From Lytechinus pictus (taxonomy: Eukaryota), in the NCBI RefSeq assembly GCF_037042905.1, contig NC_087252.1, positions 24,988,001-25,052,000 of the forward strand: a stretch of DNA of 64,000 nucleotides, in the 5' to 3' direction. Below the pieces are notes generated by a model. It was not told where the DNA came from. It saw only the letters and a list, made by a program, of their open reading frames with translations, and ran no database searches. The position numbers and the translations under genes were made by a program. Positions 1-29,188 of the stretch are shown one piece after another. Within the stretch, counting starts at the first letter, position 1, and every line of letters starts with the position of its first letter.

Positions 1-194
1 CAGTTTTGAAAGTGTGTGTGTGTGGAGGGGGGGCTGACCATGCAAAAAACCACAATCAGATGGTAATTTGTATGTTATTGTACATGGTTTGGGAAAAAAG
101 TGCGGGGGGGGGGGGGGCTGAAGCCCCTCCAGCCCCCTGGATCCGGGCCTCTGAACTAGTACTGATTTTCAGTATAAAGTACTGGTACTGAAAA

Positions 195-760
195 ATGAGA
201 GGAATACTTTCATGCAAAATTACTAATTTCCTGTGAAAATTTCATCAAAATCGGATAACAAATAACGAAGTTATTGAATTTAAAGTTTATCAATATTTTA
301 TGAACACAGTTATATGCACATCATCATGAATATTCATTAGGTGGGCTGATAATGTCACATTCCCACTTTCCTTTTTCTTATGTTATTACATGGAATAATA
401 AATGTTTCATTTTTTCATACATGTGTAAATGATGTGTATCCATTATGATGGAAAAAGTTGCGGCAATAAATAACTAATTAATCAGTTGTCCATCCATATG
501 TTTTATTTCTTGGTAGACAAGTTTTGAATAAACCTAATTCATATAATATGATACAAAAGAACAAGTGGGGATATGACATCAGCCCAGCTAATGAATATAT
601 TCTAGTATGCCTAGAACTGTTTCACCAGAATAATACAAATCTTTAAAATTCAATAACTCTGTTATTTGTTATCGATTTCGATCAAATTTTCAGCATTTTG
701 CTTTGTGAATTTTACTTAATTTATAGAGATATTAAATATCTCCAACCTGGACCATCACTA
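195..760. mobile_element. Long-TIR MITE remnant, related to partial copy 30392-30640
   Basis: Shared GAAAATTTCATCAAAATCGGATAACAAATAA block and its inverse near 660-700; right end TGGACCATC.CT. Confidence 0.65.
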
Positions 761-829
761 TAAGGATCTCTTAATTTTTTTTTTTATACATTTCCAGAAC
801 TGAAGTTGAAGGAGTGATATCATTCCAAC

Positions 830-16608
<15,779 letters not shown>

Positions 16609-18948
16609 TCCATATAGCCAATATATAAATAGCCATAGTTATAATCCTATATAATCAATGTCCAGTCCCATGCATAGCATTTGATGTCGGTGGTGGAATG
16701 TCTCGAGTACACACTTAACCATGCCAATTTGTTTTTTTTTATCTGTTGTCTATTTTGGATGGAACTCTGTTTCATATCGTGCAATGGGCCCTTTTTGGAA
16801 AACCGAGGCCATTTTTCAGAGAAACAGAAACTTGATTATGAATTGAGCAGTATTTTGTAATTTTTGTGTTGTGTTTATTCTAGAGATAATATGATGCAAA
16901 GCGACTTTGTGCTTTCTATTTCAGATCGGCCAAAGATTTTTCAGTGTCAAATTAAAGATTTTCATCATTTCAACAACAAAGTTGTGTATTGCTCATCAGC
17001 ATAAATCTATTTTTAAACTGCTGATGTGGTAGTCAACTAATGACAATATAGAATTCATGCTTTTCTTGTTAATCCCTTTAAAATCTTTATTTTAAAGAGA
17101 GAAAAAAATCAGTTTACTTTTGAAATTTGAGAGGGAGTTTGTGACATCAGCAATTCATGTGGTTGGATATACAGTGCATCCCAGAAAGAAAAAATGAAAC
17201 CATAAATTCCTGGCATATTTTTTCCAACATTGCACAGTAAAAGAATTGAAATAATTAATTTGATAAGTGATTCATTCCTTTTTGTTGACAAATTGGCAAC
17301 ATTAGGCAACAGGTATATATTTAAATTATCTTATCGTGTGGTTTCAAGTCAAAACAGTGAAATCACTTTTACGAAATAAGTGTCAAATCTAAAGATTAGG
17401 ATTTGAATATCAGAAAAAAAGGAGTCCTTTTTTTTGTCTGGGATACACTGTATTGTTAAGAACTGAGCAAGAGTGAGTCTAAACAAAAGATAAACCAATT
17501 ACATAAACTTGTAATTGAAAAATAATCAATTTGAAGAAACAGATATGTCTTTTTATCTAATCGCATGAATCTATCTAGTCTTGCTATTTACTTTATGACT
17601 CTAAAAGATATTTTTTTTAAATCACTCCTTCGACTGAAATGTATCCTACTCTTTTGCTATAGTTGCACTCGCGAAACCGACTCCAGACCGACAAAAAGAA
17701 TATTATGTTATTATCAATGGCCGACCATCAATCAGTTTGGAGTCTGTTTTGTACATGTGCCTGTAGCATTATATATTATGTAATGCATACAAACTGTGGT
17801 TCGGTATTTGACATCTTTATTATGTGAAACGTTATTTTCTGTACTTGTTTTTTCGTTTTTTTCCATTTCATGTTGTGTTCAGACATTCCAGAATAATGAT
17901 GAATGATTGAAATCAGTACTGTATCATTGTAAAAAAAAATAATAATCACTTGTTGGAATGCTCCCCAGGAAGTGGAGAGAGTGCATCCATCGTGCTTGGG
18001 CAAGCCAGGATGCCATTCCCGGGGTTATAATAAAGCTGTAAAGCTCTTAATAGCGATGATGGTTGTACCAAAAAAGCGCATACACGTAAAAGGGTAATAT
18101 TATGATTATTGATAGGGATTGATCTGTGTGTGGTATGACCACACCGTGTAGTACCAAGTTGTAGATGTCTATTACATTTACATTTGATACATGTACATGT
18201 ATGTAATGCAAATGTAACGTACATCTCTATAATGTATGTAGTGTACATGTACACAAATTACATATATAGGTTAGATTAGATGTAGAAGTGGTCATCAAAT
18301 GTCCTTTTACAATGATAATGTTCTTTTGATCACCACGGTTACCATAATTAATTGAGGTGTATGGCTTAGGAACCATATGAATCTGCTAGTTGAATTGTCC
18401 CACGACAGCCATGGGTTGCTGACATGAAAGGAACAATTAATCCCTGGTATTTTCCAGCACCGTCTTAAAAGTTTGCTGTCAGCAAGAATTTCAATGCAGC
18501 TCATTTAAAAATGAAGAGAAGAGCTCCGCGATTTGAAACCTCAGTGAATGATATTCTTCATTATTATACTTGGTGGTGTAATTAGCAGTTATCACTCATT
18601 TCATCAGAATTTGATTAATAGCGCTCTACAATAATGCAGTATAGCTTGTTATCCCCTCGTCCTTTTCAACGTTTGTAACACATTCCAATGGGACAATAGA
18701 ATGGCCTGTTTTCTTTCTGATATTGGTTGTTGATTAGACTTAAAGAAAAAAACAAGACAAAGAAATAAGATATTACTGTTTCTTCAGGAGCTGTCATTCC
18801 GCATACCAGGGTCCCGTAACAAAGGTTAGGGATCAATCGTAAACTTCATTTTTGCGATTAATCGTACATTGCAGTCCATGCAATCAGTTGTTAAACAATG
18901 TTCTACGATCATTGCTAGGCTTCTTGTTACGGGGTCCTTGACACTTTG

Positions 18949-19155
18949 GAGGCAAGATAGCTCAGTCGGTAGAGCGGGGGACTCGTATTCCGGTGACCCG
19001 GGTTCGATTCCCACTTGATGCGCTGGTGCCCTTTGGTAAGGCATTAATCCTCAGAACCAGGTCCTTCGGAGAGGACCTTAAGCCGTCGGTCCTCTGGTTG
19101 CTTGCCTACAAGCATTCATGCTTTCTTAGCAATCAGGTAAAAAAATCACCACCAA
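18949..19155 (+). mobile_element. tRNA-derived SINE (family C)
   Basis: TAGCTCAGTCGGTAGAGC / GGTTCGATTCCC, (CAC)n tail; inverted copy at 13978-14181. Confidence 0.8.
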
Positions 19156-19360
19156 TACCAACTTCAGCTAGCGTATGCCGATGTACTGTACTTGTGGCCA
19201 GTCGTTTTGTCCTATGATCCCATCTTGTGATATGAATGAAGCCTTCGATTCTTGATGTATTCTTTATATTTCATTTTGAGATCACTGCAAATATCAGAAA
19301 TGTTATTTCCTTGTATGAAGAATCATTTGAGTAGTTAACAGAAGGCAATTCCTTGTATCA

Positions 19361-19634
19361 GGGCCCCGTCTTACAAAGAGTTAAGATTGATCCAATCAAT
19401 CGTAACTCTATGGAAATCCATCCGTATCATAATTTTTTCTACAGGAAATTTGCAAAATGTTCTCTGTAAACAAAGGAGAACACACCGAACTGTCAAGAAA
19501 TCAATGAATTTATGGATATACATTCATATCTATCTAGAATGTTTTTAACAAACATGCTTTTTATATGTTGACTTTGCTGGCTTTCCATAGATGCGATTGA
19601 TCGGATCAATCGCAACTCTTTGTAAGACGTCCCC
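19361..19634. mobile_element. MITE, same family as 5116-5367
   Basis: Same TIRs and internal sequence. Confidence 0.8.
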
Positions 19635-20981
19635 AGGAAATGGGAAGAAGGAAACGTAAGTCAGCATACGCTAGCTAAAACGTTCAGGTACCAACAGCCT
19701 CTTTAAATAATCACAAATGAACTTTCCCCTCTCCATACACTATCCATCCCTTATATTCTGTATGAAAACAGTTGTACATCTAGCATTTACTGTAGGTAGG
19801 AGGCAACTCTGTTTATCAAATAACATGCAACTATTGGACTATTGACCTATGTCACGTTTTAGATGAAAATTGTATTTTTCTCAATTCATTACTTAAATAT
19901 ACTTGTATACACAACAAAATAGGTTCAGATTGTAAACTATTGGCCCTAGTACATTGGTGCTCAAGATCTTGTTAAGTGTAGTGATTGTTTTAGATGTTTA
20001 AATCCTTTATTTTAGAAACTATGGAACAAAGGCCGAGTTATGTTTCTCGAGGAGGGTAAAAAGAAATATTTAGCAATACTGAATGTTGGTTGTACTGTAT
20101 GTGTGGAACCTAAGTGGATATTTATGGATATTTCCATTTTTGTTGTTTTTTCTCTGATTCTTCTAAAGGCTATAACTGATTTAATTTTCACCTGGTGGGC
20201 GTTTCATAAAGCTGCTCATAAAGTTATGCAAGACTTAACGACTGAAACATGTTCTTAGGTGCTAAGTCAACTACACAGGTGTATGTCATATAGCACAAGA
20301 AACGGTCACCAGTCGTGCGTATAACTTACAAACGGCTTTATGAAACGCCCACCCGACGCGACTATTTACTCCTATGCCGTGGCCTAATATTGATAATCCA
20401 CTGCAATAACATTATTTCATCTTGAATCTGTTTTTTTTTTATTTGACGACACAAACTTAAATCTTAATTCCACTCTTTTTAACAAGATGTATCCACAGTT
20501 TAACATTGGCACAGGAATATGCTAAAAAATATTATCTGACCCTCAGATGAACATTGCAATACATATTTAAAGCTAAAATTAGACCTTGAAATCCCTGAAA
20601 TGTCTGTTCCCATCCAAAATAAGGTTACGCTTACAGTGTCGAATTCATGGACCCAGGTCATACACAATGCAGTATTTGACTTCCCTACATTGTACAACAA
20701 GTAATCAATTATACAATACATGTAGCTAATTAGAAATTTGTCCCACACACTGACATTACATTGTGTAATTAGCCTCTCTTGTGTAATGACACATGCGTCT
20801 TAATGAGTCGACACTTGAGAGAGTGCAATCAGCCTAAATTGCATTTGCATATGCGACAACACTCAAGCAATTTGGATATTACAAGGAGAATGCCATAAGG
20901 AGATCTAGGCTCATTCATGATAATTGCACAATGGAAGTCTTATACAATACTACAGTATATGTATATACAGCACTGTTATAT

Positions 20982-21146
20982 TAGTCTGCTGTGCAAACCT
21001 TCACTCGAGTTAAGGGTCTGAATGTGCAGCCTACTCATGCCTTGTGTACTGTAGGCCCTGAAACAGCAAGTTTTGTATGTGCTAGTCTTTGCGTGGAGAC
21101 ACACTTGTTGATCAAAGTTTCAATAGGGGTCTGCGCCTGCAGACTA
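20982..21146. mobile_element. Second copy of the Academ-like element
   Basis: Same termini and body; flanks CTGTTATAT / CTGCTTTAT (7 of 9 match). Confidence 0.75.
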
Positions 21147-22465
21147 CTGCTTTATTGCTGCATTATTTTGCAGATCTGGGGCTCGTTTCATAAAGAGTTA
21201 CAACTGTTGTAACTTTGCCATTATGGCGACTACCATGGTAACCTTGATTGTGATCAATAATAGTGACCATAATAGCAAAGTTACAATCACTGGCGTAAAA
21301 TCAAGCTGTGAACCTATTGTTCGGGAGGGGGGGGTGAACTATTGTTTCACCCCCCCCCCCCCCCCCACTTGAATAGTATGACATCAATGATTTATGCTCA
21401 TGGTTACAATAATTATAACTCTTACTGAAATGGGCCCAAGGATTTATTAGATGAAAAGTACAAAGACCAAGGCTCTCTGACTCTTAATTGCCCATTATGA
21501 TAATTATGCAAATCACATGCAAATCTCCTCACTGATATGGCTTCATTAAATCTCTCAACTAATGGGATGGGGTTCTGTCAATAGAGCCTTCTATTTATGT
21601 TTTGTTTATGCCTGTTGACTACTGTATTTAGTCATTCGAAGCCTTTTTACATGGATCATATGGGGCCCATTTCATAAAAGATGTTACAGTGACAAATTGA
21701 CAACAGTTTAAGGCTACTGAAATCATTTAATTTGATTGGTTGAACTTGTTATGTAATAGTGGCATTTGTTACCATTACAAGTCCTTATGAAATCCGACCC
21801 TGGTTAAGGTAGTAGGCAACAGGTTAAATAAATTGATCATAAAATATTACCCATGGAGGGAGCCATGTCTACAAAATTTTCAACCAAAATATCAAGATGC
21901 AAAGCTCCCTACATAGAAAATCTTTTCTAGCCTTTGTTTTTTTCTCAGTATATTTCAGTATGGATGAGAAATAATTATCAAATACCCTTCTTTTGCTTCC
22001 CTTTATGTAATTCATGAATATTACAATTGTTTCTATTCTTTTTCAGTTTAATTTAATATTAGTGACATTTTTTTTTTGGTTATGTACGAGCTTGAAACAT
22101 TGTGATCCTTAGTTTTAATGTTGTATGAAAACATCTTTTCTTCTTGAGAACATCTTCCTTTCTATGTGTTATAATTATATTCAATGTTTTATTATATCTT
22201 GTAATATCCCTTGGGTATGGATGTGATGAATATTGTCAGCATTTTGAGATGTAAAATTGTAGGGAAATGGAATATATAATAGAAGATGTATATAAATAAA
22301 TAGTGAAACATGTAATAACAAATGTGTATTGGTCTGTATTGCAATGTATTGTTTGTTGGAATCCGCTCATTTCCAAATGCAGTAGTTAGGGTGATGTTTG
22401 GGTTTAAGTACTCGTGTGGTCCACAAGCAGTTGGTCTGCTTTTCAGATCCAGTATTACATGTGGT

Positions 22466-22855
22466 AAACTGCCAATTCGTCTATTGCCAACTCGTCCAAT
22501 CATCGCATGGTCTAACTTAATTTAGTCTAATGCCATTCTGTCCATCCACATTTTGTCTAACAGCCATTTGGTCCAATAATCACTTTTCTATTCACCAGTT
22601 TGCCTCGTAACCAGTTGGTCTAATTACCCATTTTCTTTTCATTTTGTCCAATTAACACTTAGTCCAATTAGACCAAATGGTATATGGACTACATAAAATG
22701 GCTATTGGACCAACTGTTAATTAGACAAAATGGTGATTGGATGAAATGGCAATTAGACAATGCGGACAGTGGACAAACTGAGGTTAGACCAAATGATAGC
22801 TAGTAGAATAGTTAGTAATTGGATGAATTGGCATTAGACCAATTGGAAATAAACC
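22466..22855. repeat. Fold-back element of short TTGGTCTA/TAGACCAA subrepeats (relatives at about 26708-27115 and 5490-5770)
   Basis: Left half TTGGTC(T/C)AA repeats, right half TTAGACCAA repeats. Confidence 0.7.
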
Positions 22856-25800
22856 TTACATGTATACCACATTGACTAAACCAATTTAGTATCAAATCAA
22901 GTCTTATTGAAGTTTGGTCTAATATAGTCAGTCTATTCTCATGCCATTAATTGTTTTGCATACTAGTATTGTCAAATGAAAACTTGACTCATAAGCAGTT
23001 AATCTAACCATATAGACCAAGTGGATATGAGATTGGTTAGGAGAACCAACTATAGTATAATACCATATGGGATAGGACCAAACAAATGTATATAAGCGGG
23101 TGTAACCCAATGTGCCTCAAGGTTGAGTGAATATTGAATAATCATATTTTCCCAATATTTTCATCATACCTAGATCTGAAGAAAACAAACTTATCATGTT
23201 TTATAGTTAAGCTTTTTGTGGCTACATGCATTTTGGAGGGCTAAATGCACATGTGTGTGATTGAGTATAAGCTTTGATATGTTGTAACAGATATACAAGG
23301 AATTGAATGAGACTGTTGTGAGGGAGGGAGGATGAATAATTAGAGATGGGAATAATGCATGAAACATGTAGAAAAAACAACAAAATCTGCAAATTAAGAA
23401 GTATTCAAGTTTTATTTAACGAATAGTGGTTACAACAAATTACAATAAAATGTTGGTAAGGCGAATACAAGCAGCTATGCAGTATACATTCTGTTTCCAC
23501 AACGAAACACCCAAGTATAAGAAAAACTGTTTGAGGAATCATTATGACGTCAAACTCAACTACCTTTCTGGAAAGATAATCTACAAAAGTACTGTCGGTG
23601 ACAAAGAATTATAGAGAATAGACAAGTTGTAATGGGAAACTATAAAACAAGAAAATTCTTCATATTTTGGGCAATCACTGTAACATAAAATGTCAACATT
23701 AACATATGAAAGATACGAAACAAAAACTGTGGTGAAGACATGCACACAAGTCATTTTACACCGGTGTTGAAGTTTTGGTGTTAAGTTCAACATACTGAGG
23801 TGCTATCGTAGTACAACACCTTTGGTTGTTACTTTAACATCCTGGTGTTACAATGTATGTATGTTCAATCTATTGGGTGCAATTTTAATATCTCAAGTTA
23901 ATATGGTCCTCTGAGATGACTGTAATTGGATTTAGGTGTAACACCTCACACTGCAAAAGTACCGGTGTAAATTTAACACCAGCTCGGTATCTATATATAT
24001 CGGAAAATACCTGTAGAGGCGTTGAAACAGCACCAGTCCGGCTTTAGGCCAACACCAGATAGGCATTTAAACAACACTAATCAGTGTTAAACCAATATCG
24101 GTTTGATTCTGAAACTGGTGATGCTTCTACTAGCACTTCCCTGTATTTTCCGGTATAGATACTGGAATGGTGTTAAATCAACACCAGTGTTTTTTAGTGC
24201 AGTTTTACCAGTGTAGAGTCCATATGAAAGGGTAAAGGAGTGACTTTAAAAAAATGAAATAACAAAACTTAGGGACAAGAGAATAAAACTGAAAAGCTCT
24301 GATAAAATGTCATAAAAACACACTTAAAAATGAGTCCAACGACTTAATTCATTACAAACTCTTTGTTGGTTTTCTTAAAGTTAAGTGATATTGTTATCCA
24401 TTTTTAAGGCAAAATATATGTATACTTCATGATACTGTCCAACTCTAACATGATCATCAAGTAACCACGTCTCGGGAAATGCACAACATTTTGTATGTTA
24501 AAACTTGCCTTGCGTCAGATATTCCGGTATTTTTTGTTTGAAAAGGAACAAAAGTTCAAGAAACAACTACATAAATAACGTTTATTCGGGCTTACATGTT
24601 TTAGACTAAAAGTAAAATAATTATTATCAAGAGGGCAAAACATACATTGAAATAAAAAATGAGCAAAAGACGCATATAGTCTATCAAAATATTGAAGTAA
24701 AAATGAGTTTATCACACACGAAAATCCAAGAATACGCGGTAAAATGAAAAGTAATCCTAAAATGCTTTTTGTAAAAATATGTTGGCGAAATGAGTGCAAA
24801 TCATACTAAATAATTTCTCTCATAATTTCATCGTAAAAAATTACAATATTCTCTCCTTTTTTTCAAAGTTGACATCAAAACTTCATGCCAATATGGGAAG
24901 ATAACATCTGATTAGTCATTTAGGAAAGACACAAAATTGATCATTCAAAAATATTCACAGAACATTAAATATGATTATAAAAATGGGATTTTGTGTGAAT
25001 TAGTACATGTATCCATTCGTATTTACAATAGGACTCTGTAGATATACATTCAGTCTGCTCGGTGTGTATGATATATGCCATCAGATATATGTGAATCTGT
25101 AGAGAGATAGAGAGAGAGAAGAGAAAGGTATTAAGGGATCGCTAGAGGGGGAGGGGGTACACAAATCAGTAAAAACGAAATAAGGACCCAAATACGTCCA
25201 TGTTTGAGAACATAACAAAAAGAAAACCAAGGTCCGATGTACTAACGTGTGTGGATACTAGTTTACAGGCGGACACGTATAAAAACAGATTTTATTTAAA
25301 ACAAGAAAGAAAGAAAGAAACCAAAAAAAGAAAGAAAGAAAAATAATAAAGAGGGAAAGAAAGAAAGAAGTCATGAATTCAATAATCTATTTGTTTTTAC
25401 CCCCCCCCCCAAAAAAAAAAAAAAATCTTCCACTTGCTTTAATAAAAAAAAATCAGTGCCGCTCTAATGACGTAATTACATACATTTTGTTTTTAGGGTG
25501 TAGAGTTTGTTATTGACATTCTTGGTAACTTAAGATTTTGTGCCTACAAGGCAAGGCCCGTCTTCAGAAAGGAAAGGATGGTGATAATTTCACACTGAGC
25601 ACAAAGTGTTTTTTTTTTATAACATTTCGAAAGTCTCAGAAATGTCATGAATGTTCTGCACATGTTTTTAAAATGTCCTTCTTTACATAACATTAATGCA
25701 ACGTTATATTATTCATTTGATATTCTTACAATGTGTGGTCTAACAAAATATTTCAGGTAAAATCGCCTGTTTTTATGTTTGTTTTATTAAATAATGTAAT

Positions 25801-26423
25801 GACGTTTTAAATAAAAATATTTTAAACGGCGTATATCAGAATGTTTTCTTAACATTGTACATTTAGGCCTTTTTTATATAGCTAATATTATTATCATGGT
25901 TTTATGTTTTTTGCGAATTGGATTAGAAATCACTACGAATCATGTTATGTTGCCCGTTGGATAAACCTCCTTTTTTCTATCAAATATGACTTGTCTATAT
26001 TATATACAATCGTTTGGTATGCGTCCGACCATACATAAAAGTCCGACCGAATAAAAAAATAAAAAAAATACAAATACCGAATACAAAAAAAAAAAGAATA
26101 GATTATTGAATTTATGACTTGTTTATTTATTCCTTATTTCTTTCTTTCTTTTTTCTTTTTTCTTCTTTCTTTCTTTCGTCTTTTCTTTCTAAAAGTCCGA
26201 CCGAAAAGTCATAAATAGATAAATTCTAACCGATAAATAGCATTATTTTGACAATTTTTTGGGTGGGAGTCTCTAATTCTGACACATTTTCACCAATTAT
26301 TACAATAGTTATTTTAACAAATCCTTCTTTAAAGTGAGGTTTTGGATCGCTTTTAAGGATCGCCTAAATGAAAAATTAAGGTTAACATTTTACCTTGTGC
26401 AGAAGTAAAGATGAATGAAAGAA

Positions 26424-29188
26424 CTAGAGTAGAGTACATCCTCCTTTTTTGTCTTTGTAGTTGTTGATTTGACCCGGATGGAGTTCCCGTGTCAAGAGAA
26501 AGTCGTTTCCTACTTCCTGCTCGCAGTACTGAACGAGGCTGTAAAAGAAATTACAAGAACAAAAAAGCAACAACCAATAATCAAGAGTATTCTATAAATG
26601 CGCCACATCTGGGGGTCATTTAATAAAGATTACAATTGTAATCATAATATCGCTATGTGTTATTATCATCATTATCATATTATTCTTTGTGATATATAGT
26701 CATGATCAGTTTTTCCAATTCGTCTAATACCAATTCGTCCAATTGCCAACTCGTCTACTATCATTTGGTCTACCATCAGTTCGTCCACTCGCCACATTGT
26801 ATACTTTCATTTAGTCTTAGGCCATTCCGTCTACTAACCAGTTGGTCCAATAGCCATTTAGTCCATATACCATTTGGTCTACTAATTAAACTAATTGTGT
26901 TAATTGTGCAAAATGAATGAAAAACAAAATGGGTATTAAACCAACTGGTTATTAGAAGAAATGGTAATAGACGAAAAGGTGATTAGACGAAGTGATGATT
27001 GAACCAAATGGTTGTTAGACGAAATGTTGATGGACGGAATGGCATTAGACTAAATGAAGGTAGACCATGTGGTGAGTGGACGAGCCTTTGGCAGTGGACG
27101 AATTGGCAATTTACCGTCATTATTATTGTCATTGTGTTATGCATTTTACTTAAAAGTGGCTTCATGAACGCCCCCCCCCCAAAAAAAAAAAAAACGAAAG
27201 AAAGAAAGAGAGATCTTACAGAGAACGAACAAACAAACGAACAAATAAATATATATATAAATAGATAGATAGATAGATAGATGAATGAATGGATAAATAA
27301 ATAAATGAATGGATAGATTAATGAATGAATGAATAGATAAATAAATGAATACATGTAAATGAACAATGCTTCCATGATTTGAAGTGAAGCCCCAGCTTTC
27401 TTTCCACAGGCCTACAAAAAGGGCCTAATAAAGCGAATATTTGCCCTACCCCTAGATATCCCTGGTACCTGTATGTATACGAGTATGCATACCCTTATTT
27501 TATTGTTTTATTGTAGCTTTCGACAGTCAAGTAGCTGGTACTATTATATTTTATTAAGAGCTCCTCTGATAAGTTCAAATTTGCATATTGAACACAGGTG
27601 TACAATCCCGTAGTCCTATTTCCATCTAGAGATAATTATTCATTTCGTCAGATTAATCCATGGCATGGAGTGTATCGATCTATATACTTTTAATCAAATA
27701 ATAATTTGTCTGGCTCAAACCAATGTTTGGAATAGCTCTAGGCTGTTCCAATATTAATGTTTGAAAAAAAATGGGTGTTTGCCATAGTATATTGTGTACA
27801 CAGATGCAGGCATTATATGCCCTACATGTATAATATGGAAGCTTAAAAGTGGCCGCACCCAGATATCCAGATAATAATCTTGTTAAATGTCTACATCGCT
27901 TAGAAAAAATGACCAGATGACGAGAGCTCAGGTCTCCATCTATATGTGGGAGGGATGATGCATCTTGTGCTAAAAATTCAATACAAAGGAAAAGGCCACC
28001 TTTCCCTTTATTGTCACGATATTAAACTGATATCATACATTTACACAATGTGTATGGGCCTAATAATTCTTTCTTCTTATTCTTCTTAGGTTTTTTGTTT
28101 GGAAGGGTGGGGTCGTACATTAAAGTGATGACCTATAATTATGCCGAGGATGGTACCAGGGCGACCTCAAGATAATAACATTCGTAATAAAGAGATGTAC
28201 AGCACGCGAGTTGAAGAAGCGAGCGAGCCAATAATAGTTGACCACTTTTATGAATGCAAAATGGTGAAATACAAAGGTCTACAGTGACACATTAACATTT
28301 CAACATAATTTTATATTCAAGGAAAATCAAAAGGGCATGCAGACAAAATAAATAAAACATGAAATAAACCACACGATCATACTCGAGATCTGACTTTAAA
28401 CTACAATACACATTCAGGTCTGTTCTTCACTGCTCCTCAATAATAATCAGTGAACTTTCATGATCGTAATCAAATTAACTGTTGTGATTTTGGATTTTGG
28501 GCATCATTGGGCCTTCCCAATGATGCCCAAAATCCAAAATCACAACAGTTAATTTGATTACGATCATGAAAGTTCACTGATTATTATTGAGGAAGCCACT
28601 TAAAAGAAACAAATTATAGATAGATAGATAGATGGATGGATGGATAGATAGATAGACATATAGATAGACAGATAAATAGATAGATGGATGGATGGATAGA
28701 TAGATAGACATATAGATAGACAGATAAATAGATATATAGACATATAGATGGTATTTATCATGATAAAACTCAATTCGCAGAGCTCTATATATACAAACAG
28801 TAAAAAAACATACCGGTATATCAATGTATATTAGGGAAGGGGATATACACAGAGAAATTACTTTGTATGCAAAGGAAGAATGTCGGAAAGATGAATAGGA
28901 AGAGATATAGGAGTGCAGCATAATGAACATCTTTAACATAAATATTTAACAATAATAAGAATAACAATGTACATCCGTGTAATTTCTCACTTTGTAAAGA
29001 GTCGACTGTATGAAATGATACTATTTTTTAAAGAAAGAAAATAAACAAAAAAATTCCTGTCACTCAATTATAAAGGCCTACACTTACTCAGCTGTACACT
29101 GTGATACTTTGACCCTCTCTATATTGAGTTCCCTCTGAAGTTGATCAATGTTCTTGTGCAGAGCCATTTGTGTTGAGGAAGAAGCCAT
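26424..29188 (-). CDS. Heterotrimeric G-protein gamma subunit, 2 coding exons, 71 aa
   Basis: Exons 29188-29088 and 26538-26424 (GTAAGT donor, TTTTACAG acceptor, phase 2). Translation MASSSTQMALHKNIDQLQRELNIERVKVSQCTADLVQYCEQEVGNDFLLTRELHPGQINNYKDKKGGCTLL* shows the G-gamma signature QL..E..IER.KVS...DL..YC and a CAAX terminus. Confidence 0.93.
28434..28593. repeat. Perfect 78-bp inverted repeat with 4-nt loop
   Basis: 28434-28511 is the reverse complement of 28516-28593; loop CCTT. Confidence 0.95.
28615..28750. repeat. (ATAG)n/(ATGG)n microsatellite
   Basis: Seen directly; similar tracts at about 27250-27350 and 59900-59985. Confidence 0.9.
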
